Shown one piece after another: positions 13,641 through 22,850 of a stretch of DNA of 64,000 bases (its first letter is position 1; each line of letters opens with the position of its first letter). Below the pieces are notes generated by a model. It was not told the origin of the DNA and did no database searches. It was given only the letters and a program-made list of their open reading frames with translations. Made by a program: the position numbers and the translations under genes. This DNA is from an uncultured Solirubrobacteraceae bacterium (lineage in GTDB: Bacteria; Actinomycetota; Thermoleophilia; Solirubrobacterales; Solirubrobacteraceae): contig OY969097.1 of the NCBI GenBank assembly GCA_963697795.1, positions 3,138,972 to 3,202,971 on the forward strand, given 5' to 3'.

Positions 13641-13700
13641 ATGTCGCACCGCATCTCGCTCCTGCTCTCCCTTCTCCTGCTCCCCCCTCGGGGGGAATAG
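13641..13700 (+). promoter_or_regulatory. Leu-rich leader peptide ORF (MSHRISLLLSLLLLPPRGE) upstream of leuA; putative transcription attenuator
   Basis: A 19-codon ORF with 8 Leu, including LLL and LLLL runs, 70 nt upstream of leuA. GC-rich self-complementary segments overlap and follow its stop (CCCCCCTCGGGGGG, GTGCGTGGCGGCCGCAC). Confidence 0.55.
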
Positions 13701-13769
13701 TGCGTGGCGGCCGCACAGCCGCAAACCCAACGAGAGGAAGAGCAACCGAGATAGAGAAGGAGCAGCGAC

Positions 13770-15359
13770 ATGAGCAATGACAGCCATTCCCCCCGTGACC
13801 CGGCCGACCGGGTCCTGATCTTCGACACGACCCTGCGCGACGGTGAGCAGTCGCCCGGGATCTCTCTGAACAAGCAGGAAAAGCTCGAGATCGCCCACCA
13901 GCTGGCACGCTTGGGGGTGGACGTGATCGAGGCCGGCTTCCCGATCACCTCCCCGGGCGACTTCGAGTCGGTGCAGGCGATCGCTAGGGAGGTCGAAGGC
14001 CCCATCGTCTGTGGCCTGGCCCGCACGAGCAAGCAGGACATCGAGGCGGCCTGGAACGCTGTCCGCGACGCCCAGCGCCCGCGCATCCACACCTTCATCG
14101 CGACCAGCGACATCCACATCGAGCGCAAGCTGCAGACGACCCGCGAGGACGTGATCGGGCAGGTCAGGGCGGCGGTGGCGCAGGCGCGGGAGTACACGGA
14201 GGACGTCGAGTTCTCCCCCGAGGACGGCTCGCGCTCGGACGTCGCCTACATGGCTGAAGTGATCCAGGTGGCCCTGGATGAGGGAGCGACCACGATCAAC
14301 GTCCCGGACACCGTCGGCTACACGATGCCGACCGAGTACAGGGCCATGTTCGAAGAGCTCTACAGGCTGGTCCCGGACCTGCGCGAGGTGACGGTCTCTG
14401 TGCACTGCCACGACGACCTGGGCCTGGCCGTTGCCAACTCGCTGGCGGGCCTTGAAGCGGGCTGCAGGCAGGTCGAGGGTGCCATCAACGGCATCGGCGA
14501 GCGGGCCGGAAACGCCTCCATCGAGGAGGTCGTGATGCTGCTGCACACGCGCGAGCCCAGCCTGGGCTTGTGGACGGGCATCGAGACGACCGAGATCGCC
14601 CGCACGAGCCGCCTGGTCTCCCGTCTGACCGGATACCCCGTCCAGCCCAACAAGGCGATCGTGGGACGCAACGCCTTCGCCCACGAGGCCGGCATCCACC
14701 AGGACGGCGTCCTGAAGGAGCGCACGACCTACGAGATCATGGACGCGACCACCGTAGGGCTGCGCAGCAACTCGATCGTGCTGGGCAAGCACTCGGGCCG
14801 TCATGCTCTGCGCAAAGCGCTGGAGGAGATGGGCTTCGAGGTGAACGGCCAGGCATTGAACTTGGCGTTCAAGCGCTTCAAGGAGATAGCGGACCGCAAG
14901 AAGCAGGTCACGGCGATGGACCTGGAGGCGCTCGTGACCGACGAGCTGCGCGACGAGGAGCTGCAGGGTGGCTACCAGCTCGAGTGGTTCGAGGTCGAGT
15001 CATCCTCCAGGCGATCCCCGCACGCGAAGGTCGGCGTGACCCTGCCCGACGGCAGCTCCGTCATGGGCGACTTCATCGGCGACGGCCCGATCGACGCGAT
15101 CTTCCAGGCGATCAACGCGGCGACGGCCACCAACCCGGTCCTGAGCGAGTTCACGATCGGTGCGGTCACGGAGGGCCAGGACGCACTCGGCGAGGCGTCG
15201 GTGGTGCTCGAGCTGGGCGGCGCGACGGGCGCCGGGCAGGGCGTCTCGACGGACATCATCGACGCGGCGGCACGGGCGTACGTGCGGGCGCTGTCGGTGG
15301 CGCTGGCGCGTTCCGAGGCGAGTGACGCTGTGGGGCTGCCCGAGACTGCCGCTCCCTGA
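13770..15359 (+). CDS. leuA: 2-isopropylmalate synthase
   Basis: 529 aa with IFDTTLRDGEQSPG, VHCHDDLGLAVANSLAG, GERAGNASIEE and AHEAGIHQDG. The C-terminal LeuA dimerisation/regulatory domain is present. Confidence 0.93.
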   Translation: MSNDSHSPRDPADRVLIFDTTLRDGEQSPGISLNKQEKLEIAHQLARLGVDVIEAGFPITSPGDFESVQAIAREVEGPIVCGLARTSKQDIEAAWNAVRDAQRPRIHTFIATSDIHIERKLQTTREDVIGQVRAAVAQAREYTEDVEFSPEDGSRSDVAYMAEVIQVALDEGATTINVPDTVGYTMPTEYRAMFEELYRLVPDLREVTVSVHCHDDLGLAVANSLAGLEAGCRQVEGAINGIGERAGNASIEEVVMLLHTREPSLGLWTGIETTEIARTSRLVSRLTGYPVQPNKAIVGRNAFAHEAGIHQDGVLKERTTYEIMDATTVGLRSNSIVLGKHSGRHALRKALEEMGFEVNGQALNLAFKRFKEIADRKKQVTAMDLEALVTDELRDEELQGGYQLEWFEVESSSRRSPHAKVGVTLPDGSSVMGDFIGDGPIDAIFQAINAATATNPVLSEFTIGAVTEGQDALGEASVVLELGGATGAGQGVSTDIIDAAARAYVRALSVALARSEASDAVGLPETAAP

Positions 15360-15427
15360 AGTTCGGATTTCGGAAACATTTCTCGGATTTGCTTGACCGC
15401 CCGCGCGAGGCGTGACTAGCTTGCGCC

Positions 15428-17044
15428 ATGACTTCCGCCCGGCGTGCCAAGGATCGGCGGACGGCCAGGGCCCATCAGGCCGCATCGGCACGCTCGAGTC
15501 GGACCCCGCCCCTCCCCGGCATGTCGCGCGGGGCGCTGCTTGGGGTGGGCGGGGTCGCGGTGGTCGTCGTCGCGGCGGTCGTATTGATCTTGGTCTTGGG
15601 CAGCTCGACGGCCAAGTCCCACCATCTGACGGGCAGCGCCTACCCGAACGTCGACACTTCCAACACCAGGGACGTGGGCGGGCCGATCAGCTCCACGAAC
15701 GTGAGCACGCTGCATCAGGCCTGGGCGCTGCCGGTCACGGGCAAGGGCGAATACGGCACCTACGCGGCCACGCCGGTCCTCAGCAAAGGCGTCGTCTACT
15801 CCCAGGATTTGGCCTCCAACGTGCAGGCGATCTCGCTGCGGACGGGAAAGGTCCTGTGGTCGACGCCCTACAACGCGCCCAGTCACGGCCCCAACGGCGT
15901 CGTCGTGGCCGAAGGACGCGTGTACGGGACGACCCCGACAGATGCGTTTGCCCTTGAACAGAGCACGGGCAGGCAGCTGTGGAAGGTTCACCTGACGGGA
16001 GGGGAAACGCCCGGTATAGACATGGCCCCGGGCTTCCACGACGGGATCGTCTACGTCTCGACGGTCCCAGGCGACCAGCACGAACCGGCGGCGGGCGAAA
16101 ACGTCGGCACTCTGTATGCCTTGAGGGCCTCCAACGGCGAAAAGCTGTGGAAGTTCCAAACAGTTCCCGAAGACACCTGGTCCAATGGCCAGGTCAACTG
16201 GGGCGGGGGCGTGTGGTACACGCCGGCCTTCGACGAACACGGCTTCATGTACTTCGGCGTCGCCAATCCGGAGCCGGCGCCAGGGACCCCCGAACAGCCG
16301 TGGGCGGCGAGCCGTCCGGGCCCGGACCTCTACACGGACTCGCTGATCAAGATGAACGCTCGCACCGGGAAGCTCGTGTGGTACTACCAGCTGACCCCGC
16401 ACGACGTCTACGACTGGGATCTGCAGGATCCCCCGATCCTGCTCGACAGCAACGGCACGCCGATGGTCGTCACGGCCGGCAAGGCGGGCACGGTGATCGC
16501 TCTGAACCGCGAAACGGGCAAGTTGATCTGGCGCCGTGACGTGGGCATCCACGACGGCCACGATCTCGACTCGCTTTACGCGATGAAACACGAATACTCG
16601 AAGCTGACACTGCCCGAGGTCGTCTACCCGGGTCGGCTCGGGGGCGTGATCGCCCCGATGGCCACGAACGGCACGACCGTGTTCGCGCCGGTCGTCAACC
16701 TGGCGCAGGAAATATCCTCCAGCTTCACCGTCACCGAAAAGCAGCTGGACGGCGAACTGGTGGCGCTCGACGTGGCGACGGGCAAGGTGCTGTGGACGCA
16801 CAAGTTCGCTACGCCCGCGTTCAGCGGCGTGACGGTCGTCAACGACCTGGTCTTCACCGAGGACTTCGAAGGGACCGCCTACGCCTTCGACGCGAAGACG
16901 GGCAAGGTCATGTGGGAAAGCAGCCTTCCGGCGGGGACCAACGCGGGCGTGGCTGTCGAAGGGAATACCGTCCTTGCTCCTGCGGGACTGCAGACCGCAG
17001 CGGGGCAGGAAACGGCGCTCACGGCGTACAGGCTGGGCGGCTGA
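15428..17044 (+). CDS. membrane-anchored PQQ-like beta-propeller repeat protein (quinoprotein-dehydrogenase-like)
   Basis: N-terminal basic segment plus a TM helix (LLGVGGVAVVVVAAVVLILVLG), then repeated G.LW/ W motifs (GKVLWST, GRQLWKV, GEKLWKF, GKLVWYYQ, GKLIWRR, GKVLWTH, GKVMWES) typical of PQQ propellers. Confidence 0.65.
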   Translation: MTSARRAKDRRTARAHQAASARSSRTPPLPGMSRGALLGVGGVAVVVVAAVVLILVLGSSTAKSHHLTGSAYPNVDTSNTRDVGGPISSTNVSTLHQAWALPVTGKGEYGTYAATPVLSKGVVYSQDLASNVQAISLRTGKVLWSTPYNAPSHGPNGVVVAEGRVYGTTPTDAFALEQSTGRQLWKVHLTGGETPGIDMAPGFHDGIVYVSTVPGDQHEPAAGENVGTLYALRASNGEKLWKFQTVPEDTWSNGQVNWGGGVWYTPAFDEHGFMYFGVANPEPAPGTPEQPWAASRPGPDLYTDSLIKMNARTGKLVWYYQLTPHDVYDWDLQDPPILLDSNGTPMVVTAGKAGTVIALNRETGKLIWRRDVGIHDGHDLDSLYAMKHEYSKLTLPEVVYPGRLGGVIAPMATNGTTVFAPVVNLAQEISSSFTVTEKQLDGELVALDVATGKVLWTHKFATPAFSGVTVVNDLVFTEDFEGTAYAFDAKTGKVMWESSLPAGTNAGVAVEGNTVLAPAGLQTAAGQETALTAYRLGG

Positions 17045-17397
17045 CCCACATCCGATCCGGGCCTGCTCGCTGCCCGTCTGTCGCCCACGTCAACCAGATG
17101 GAGCAGGGGACATCGCCGGACGGACGCCACAGCGGCGCTGTTGTCCTCGATGGCCGGCAGGCAGGTCTTGGGGCAGGCAGCCAGGAGCTGCAGCCCGTGC
17201 GACGTCGGCAGCGTGGATCGCCCCCCGTTCGCGTCCAGTGTCCATCCGGTGGAATGAGTCCTATGCCTTGCCGTTTGTGGCCAGTGGCACGACTTGATCT
17301 CGAGTTGAAAGGAGTCGCGGTGGCGAGAGAGCACAGGGTATATTCGGCGCGGAGCGCAGCGGGCTGTGGGAGCGTTGGAGGTAGGGTGAGACGATCA

Positions 17398-17800
17398 ATG
17401 ACCGAGCGCGGCGGTGTCGCTTCGCAAGCGTCGGCCGAGGTCAACGACCGCGCGCTCCCCGGGCACTGGGAGGGAGGTCTCCCCGCGGGAGCGGCCAACA
17501 CACATATCGCGACGCTCGCCAAGCGCCACTCGCGGCTCGTGGCGCTCGTCCGCGTTGAGGGCAAGGACACGCAATCGGTGCACGGAGCCTTAACTCGCCA
17601 GATTGGTGCTCGGCCCGTTCAGACGGCAGGTCCCTGACATGGGACCGGGAACCGAGCTCGCGTCTGATGCGCAGTGCACGTCGCGACGGACCTGCGGGTT
17701 TACTCTATGACCCTCGGAGCCCGTGGCGGCGGGGCTCAAAAGGGGGTCCCCCGCATTTAAGCGGAGGACCCCACAACTCACGTCAGACGCATCGTCCAAC
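17398..17800 (+). pseudogene. IS30-family transposase remnant (DDE region, frameshifted and truncated)
   Basis: Across two frames I read ALPGHWEGGLPAGAANTHIATLAKRHSRLVALVRVEGKDTQSVHGAL, then SLTWDRGTELA, then LLYDPRSPWRRGS. This matches the IS30 Tnp pattern HWEGDL..SHIATLVDR.SR...GKDS.SV..AL...SLTWDRGMELA...VYFCDP.SPWQRG. It has no intact ORF and no N-terminal half. Confidence 0.6.
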
Positions 17801-17813
17801 GCGTGTCAGCGAA

Positions 17814-18743
17814 TCAGAATTTTTCGCTGGCGATCACGTTCGTCGCTTCGGCGGACCAGAGCGTCCCGTTCAGGATGGCCGTGTTGTGGCCGGCTGCTGC
17901 AGGAAGTCCGATTTTGCCGTTGACGATCGGGTCGATGATGAAGGAGAAGAATTCGCCGCAGCCCGACGCTTCAGGTGCGGAGAAGGAGTTGTCCACCAGG
18001 GAGTTTTCAGACACCTTGGTGAGTTCGTAGCCTTTTTCTTCTTCTTCCGAAATGGTGCCGCGTTTGCCTTTGATCGGTTTGTTCGGCGAAGGCGGTTTGG
18101 TTTCGCCGGTCGTCAGGTTCAGCGTGACCGGGCTGCCTTCGGACCCGATGTAGCAGGAGTTCCCGAGCAGCGGGTTTTTGAGGTGCACCCGCACCGGCAG
18201 CTTCAGCGCCGTGCCTTCGCTGAACGCGAGGTTCGAAAGGTTGAGCACCGCTGGGTCTTTTTCGTTGGCGACGAGTTCAGTCGTCGCCGTGACGCCGGTG
18301 GAGTTCGGGTTTTCGAACGTCGCTTTGCAGAGGCCGCGGATCGCTTTTTCGAACAGGCCTTCGCCTTTGATTTCTTCGCAGTTGACGAAATTGAGAAGCC
18401 CGCCCGGAACATTCAGTTCCGTTTTTGACAGGCTTTCGCCGTTCTTGGCAGGCACCAAATAGTATTCGTTCAGGTGCACGCCGGTCGGAATGCCGCCGCC
18501 TTGCAAGGTCACCGTCTGGTTGATCGGGACTTTCGTCGTACCGACGACGAATTCCCCACCTGTCGTCTGTGCGTACTGACACAGAGACACGCCCGGCACT
18601 TCTGTCGGGCACTGCGCAAAGCGCGCGAAGATGCCTTTGGGCGTGGCGGCGGCGGTGCCGGCAGCGGCCAGCGAAACCGCAATCGCCAGCACCGCGGCGA
18701 ACATGGCGCCGCGTACGCCCCTAAGACGCCTGCTTTTGCTCAT
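17814..18743 (-). CDS. secreted protein of unknown function (cassette protein A)
   Basis: Signal peptide MSKSRRLRGVRGAMFAAVLAIAVSLAAAGTAAA, then TPKGIFARFAQCPTEVPGVSLC. Paralog at 33969..34907. Start chosen at the second ATG by analogy with the paralog. No recognisable domain. Confidence 0.7.
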   Translation of the reverse strand: MSKSRRLRGVRGAMFAAVLAIAVSLAAAGTAAATPKGIFARFAQCPTEVPGVSLCQYAQTTGGEFVVGTTKVPINQTVTLQGGGIPTGVHLNEYYLVPAKNGESLSKTELNVPGGLLNFVNCEEIKGEGLFEKAIRGLCKATFENPNSTGVTATTELVANEKDPAVLNLSNLAFSEGTALKLPVRVHLKNPLLGNSCYIGSEGSPVTLNLTTGETKPPSPNKPIKGKRGTISEEEEKGYELTKVSENSLVDNSFSAPEASGCGEFFSFIIDPIVNGKIGLPAAAGHNTAILNGTLWSAEATNVIASEKF

Positions 18744-19088
18744 CTGTATTCCCACTTTCTAATCGAGATTAGAGCCAGTGATTACGCAGGCAGAGCCTGC
18801 ATCGTCAAGCTAACGACGGGGCGCGGAAGCTCGCAAGGATTGTTTCCAATCCCAGGCGTGAGGCGTCCTCGGGCGGAGCTCCATCGTCAATCGCTGTTTC
18901 TGACTTCGCCGCCGTCCTTCGCGTGGCGAGGGTCCGCGCACGAAGGACAGCCGTGTAGAGATATGCCGGGGCGCCAAGGCAGCGCGATAGGGCGCGGCAT
19001 GACCCGGTAGGCTGAGCCCGATGCGACGCTCGCTCTGCATGACCGGGCACCCGTTAGAGCGATCCACGAGGGAACAGGGAGTAGAGGC

Positions 19089-22000
19089 ATGAGCAGCGAC
19101 AGGGGTAAGAGGATTGTGGTTGTTTGTGTTTTGGTGGTTGTGTGGTGTTGTGTGTGGTGTGGGGTGGTGTGGGGTTTTCGTGGGCATGAACGGGTTGCTG
19201 GTGGTGTGTTTGGGGTTTCTGGGTCTGGGGTGTTGGAGTTGGATGAACCGGTGGGTGTGGCGGTGGATGAAGGGTCGGGTGTGGTGTATGTGGTGGATCG
19301 TGCTGGTGGTCGGGTTGAGGTGTTTGATGGTGTGGCGGGGGATATTGGTGAGTTGGTTGGTAGGGGTTTGGCGTCTGGTGAATTTGATGGTAGTGGGTTG
19401 TTGGGTGAAGGGGTGGAGGCTGGTGGTGGTGGGTTAGCGGGTGAAGTGGTGACGGGTCGGTTTGTGGATCCGTCGGGGGTGGCGGTTGATAATGGGTGTC
19501 GTGATCATCGTCCTGAACCGTTGTCGGGTGCGGCGTGTGAAGCGTTTGATCCTTCGAATGGTGATGTGTATGTGTTGGATTCGGGTCATGAGGTGGTGGA
19601 TAAGTACACGGCGTTGGGGCGTTATGTGGGTCAGATCAACGCGGGAACGTTGGGTGTGGAAGAACATGTTCGGCTTGAAGGTGTTGCGGTTGAAGGTGAT
19701 GGGGATGTTCTGGTGAGCACGCAGACCACGGTGGAGGCGTTGAGGACGTCTGAGGAAGGTGTGTTCCGGTTGTCTGATGGTGTGCGGAATGTGGTGTTGG
19801 GGTCTGGTGTGCCGACGGGGTTTACGGCGGCGGCGCAGTTAGGGTTTGTTGAAGGTGGGTTGGGTGCGGCGGGTGGTCGGGTGTTTGTGCCGCAGGGGTT
19901 TGCGGAAAAGGATGTGGCGGTCTATAGTTTGGCGGGGGGTTTTGTTGAAGAATTGGGTACGGGGCATGTTGTGGGGTTGGTGGGTGAGGTGTGTACGGGG
20001 GATGTGTATGTGGATGTGCGTGAAGCTGGTGTGGTGAGGCGGTTTGGGGTTGGTGGGGGGTTGGTTGAAGAATTGGTTGCTGGTGGTGGTGGTGGGGTTG
20101 GTGTTGATTGTGTTGGGTCGGGGGGGACGGTGTTTGTGGCGTTACCGTCTGGTGGGGTTGTGGCGGTGTATGGGCCTGAAGCGCCGAAAGCTCCTTTGGT
20201 GTCGGGGTTGGCGGTGTCGGGTGTGACCGCGGGGTCGGTGCGGTTTAGTGCGGAAGTTGATCCGCGTAGTGAAGTGGGTGAAGCGGCGACTGAGTTTGTG
20301 GTGGAATATGGGTTATGTCCGGCGGTGGGGTCGTGTGAAGGTGTGGGGTTTGAACAGGAACGTTCGTTGACGGGTAGTGTGGGTGCGGTGTTTGAAGGTG
20401 TGGTTGTGTCGCGTGAAGTGTCTGGGTTGGTGGCGGGGGGCCGGTATCATTTCCGGGTTGGTGCTCGGAATTCGCATAGTGTTGGTGGTTTGTCTGGTGA
20501 ATATTCGTATGGTGTGGGGGAAGATGCTGAACGGGTGTTCGTGATGGAGGGTTTGTCGTCTGGTGGTGGGGCGGGGTTGTTGGATGGGCGTGGTTGGGAA
20601 CTTGTGTCGCCGGTGGATAAGAATGGTGCGCTGGTTTTGCCGGTGCTTGAAACGGGGTTGATTGAGGCGGCGGCGGGGGGTGGGGCGTTTACGTATTTGG
20701 CTTCGACGGCGACTGAAGCCGGGGCGTTGGGTAATTCGAATAAGATGCAGGTGTTGGCGCGGCGGGGGTCGGGTGGTTGGGCGTCGTGTGATGTGGGGTT
20801 GCCGAATGGTGAAGCGACGGGCGTGTCGGTTGGGCAGGGGCAGGAGTATCAGGGGTTCAGCGCGGATTTGGGGACGGGTTTGGCGCGGCCGTTGGGGCGG
20901 GTCGTGCGGGGTCTTGTGGGTGGGGAGCGGGAAGTGAGCCCGTTGCTGGTGGGGTTCTCGGGGGCGTGCGGGGCGGGGGGGCTGTCTTATGATGCGTTGT
21001 TGTCGGGGTGTCCGTTGACGGGTGAATGTGAAGCTGTGGTGCGGGAACACGCGGATGTCGAACCGGGCATCGAAGTTGCCGAGGAAGGTTTGTGCGCGCA
21101 TGAAGTGCCGTTTTGTGATGGGGAACCGTTAGCGGCTAATGAATCGTTGTCGGGGGTGGTGTTGCGTTCGATGACGCCGTTGGTCGCGGGCGCGCCGGTG
21201 GAAGCGTTGTATGAGCCTTATGGTGGGCGGGTGTATCCGGTCAGTGTGAGACCGAACGGGACGGTGGTGGGTACTGTCGCGCATGAGCCGGTGGCGGGGA
21301 CGCAGGCGCACGGCAACGCGTTGCGTGGTGTGGTCTCAGCGGATGGTTCGCGGGTGGTGTGGTCAGAAGAAGTGCCGAATGGGCATTTGTTTGTGTGGGA
21401 TCGTGGGTTGGAACGGAGTGTGCAGGTTGATGTGGTGCAGGCGGGTGGGTCGGGGACAGGGCCTGTTGGGGCTGTTTTCCAGTACATGACCGGGGATGGG
21501 TCGAGGGTGTTTTTCACGGATACGCAGCAGTTGACGGCGGGGTCTGGTGCTGAAAATGATTCGCCGGATTTGTATGTGTGTGAAGTGGTGGTGGAAGGTT
21601 CGTCGGGGAAGTGTGTTGTGAGGGATTTGACGCCGATGGTGGGTGGGCAGCATGCGGATGTGTTGGGGCAGGTGATCGGCGGCTCGGAATCGGGCGGGTT
21701 AGTGTATTTCGTAGCGAATGGTGAGTTGACGAAAACACCGTCCGCGTCGGGAGAAGAACCGGTCGCGGGAGGGTGCGGGTTGGAATCGTCGCCGGGGAAG
21801 TTGTGTGATTTGTATGTGTGGAGTGAAGGTGCCGCGGAACCGGTGTTGGTGGGTGTGCTGTCGGGTGAAGACGTGGATGATTGGGGTGGCGGTAGCGAGC
21901 AGTTGACGAATTTGACGGGGCGGGTCGCGGGTGGGGGTGAATGGTTGGTGTTTATGTCGGATCGGTCGTTGACGGGTTATGACACGCGGGATGCGGTCGT

Positions 22001-22850
22001 TTCGGGGGTGCGTGATGAGGAGGTGTATGAGTACAGGTTCGGGGGCGGGTTGGTGTGTGTGTCGTGTGATCCGTCTGGTGAACGGCCGCATGGGGTGGAA
22101 TACGCGAAGTTGAACGAAGGTGCGGCGGCGGGTACTGGCGTGTGGCCGGAAGGGGCACGGCTGGCGGGGTTTGTGCCTAGTTGGACTCCTTACCGGAAGC
22201 AAGGGGCGTTTTATCAGTCGAGGTTTTTGGGTGGGTCGGGGCGGGTGTTTTTTGATTCGTCTGATGGTTTGGTGGCTGGTGATAGTGATGGTGTGGTTGA
22301 TGTGTATGAGTTTGAGCCGGTTGGGGTGGGTTCGTGTCGGGTGGGTGGTGTGGGGTTCGTGGCGGTTGATGATGGTTGTTTGGGGTTGGTGTCGTCGGGT
22401 GAAAGTGGTCAGGAATCAGGGTTTTTGGATGCGTCTGAATCTGGTGATGAAGTGTTCTTTTTGACTACTTCTCGGTTGTCGGGGCGTGATAGGGACACGG
22501 CGTATGATGTGTATGATGCGCGTGTGGGTGGCGGGGAACCCGTGCTGTCGGGGGTTGGTGTGTGTGGGGGTGGGTTTTGTCAGGAACCGGCTGGGGAACC
22601 GTCGGCTCCGGTGGCGGGGTCGGAGGGGTTTGAAGGGCCGGGTAGTCCGTTGGTGGAAGCGATCGTGCCGCCGGTGAAGGTGTTGACGCGGGCGCAGAAG
22701 TTGAAGGCCGCGTTGAAGGCGTGTGGTAGGGATCGTGTGAAGCGTAAGCGGGTGGTGTGTGAACGTGGTGCGCGTAGGCGGTATGGGCCGGTGAAGAAGA
22801 AGAAGGGTGTGCGAGGGGCGTCTGTGGTGCGGGTTGGGGGGCGAGGCTGA
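19089..22850 (+). CDS. large V/G-rich membrane-anchored or secreted repeat protein, NHL-like and PD40/TolB-like beta-propeller repeats (cassette protein B)
   Basis: 1253 codons. Hydrophobic N-terminus (VVVCVLVVVWCCVWCGVVW). NHL-like motifs are PVGVAVDEGSGVVYVVDRAGGRVEVFD and PSGVAVD...NGDVYVLDSGHEVVDKY. PD40-like motifs are SADGSRVVWSE, GDGSRVFFTD, GGLVYFVANG, GEWLVFMSDRS, SGRVFFDSSD and GDEVFFLTTS. The C-terminal tail is basic. The ORF is far longer than the 60-120-codon chance ORFs in the other frames of this stop-poor region. Confidence 0.75.
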   Translation: MSSDRGKRIVVVCVLVVVWCCVWCGVVWGFRGHERVAGGVFGVSGSGVLELDEPVGVAVDEGSGVVYVVDRAGGRVEVFDGVAGDIGELVGRGLASGEFDGSGLLGEGVEAGGGGLAGEVVTGRFVDPSGVAVDNGCRDHRPEPLSGAACEAFDPSNGDVYVLDSGHEVVDKYTALGRYVGQINAGTLGVEEHVRLEGVAVEGDGDVLVSTQTTVEALRTSEEGVFRLSDGVRNVVLGSGVPTGFTAAAQLGFVEGGLGAAGGRVFVPQGFAEKDVAVYSLAGGFVEELGTGHVVGLVGEVCTGDVYVDVREAGVVRRFGVGGGLVEELVAGGGGGVGVDCVGSGGTVFVALPSGGVVAVYGPEAPKAPLVSGLAVSGVTAGSVRFSAEVDPRSEVGEAATEFVVEYGLCPAVGSCEGVGFEQERSLTGSVGAVFEGVVVSREVSGLVAGGRYHFRVGARNSHSVGGLSGEYSYGVGEDAERVFVMEGLSSGGGAGLLDGRGWELVSPVDKNGALVLPVLETGLIEAAAGGGAFTYLASTATEAGALGNSNKMQVLARRGSGGWASCDVGLPNGEATGVSVGQGQEYQGFSADLGTGLARPLGRVVRGLVGGEREVSPLLVGFSGACGAGGLSYDALLSGCPLTGECEAVVREHADVEPGIEVAEEGLCAHEVPFCDGEPLAANESLSGVVLRSMTPLVAGAPVEALYEPYGGRVYPVSVRPNGTVVGTVAHEPVAGTQAHGNALRGVVSADGSRVVWSEEVPNGHLFVWDRGLERSVQVDVVQAGGSGTGPVGAVFQYMTGDGSRVFFTDTQQLTAGSGAENDSPDLYVCEVVVEGSSGKCVVRDLTPMVGGQHADVLGQVIGGSESGGLVYFVANGELTKTPSASGEEPVAGGCGLESSPGKLCDLYVWSEGAAEPVLVGVLSGEDVDDWGGGSEQLTNLTGRVAGGGEWLVFMSDRSLTGYDTRDAVVSGVRDEEVYEYRFGGGLVCVSCDPSGERPHGVEYAKLNEGAAAGTGVWPEGARLAGFVPSWTPYRKQGAFYQSRFLGGSGRVFFDSSDGLVAGDSDGVVDVYEFEPVGVGSCRVGGVGFVAVDDGCLGLVSSGESGQESGFLDASESGDEVFFLTTSRLSGRDRDTAYDVYDARVGGGEPVLSGVGVCGGGFCQEPAGEPSAPVAGSEGFEGPGSPLVEAIVPPVKVLTRAQKLKAALKACGRDRVKRKRVVCERGARRRYGPVKKKKGVRGASVVRVGGRG

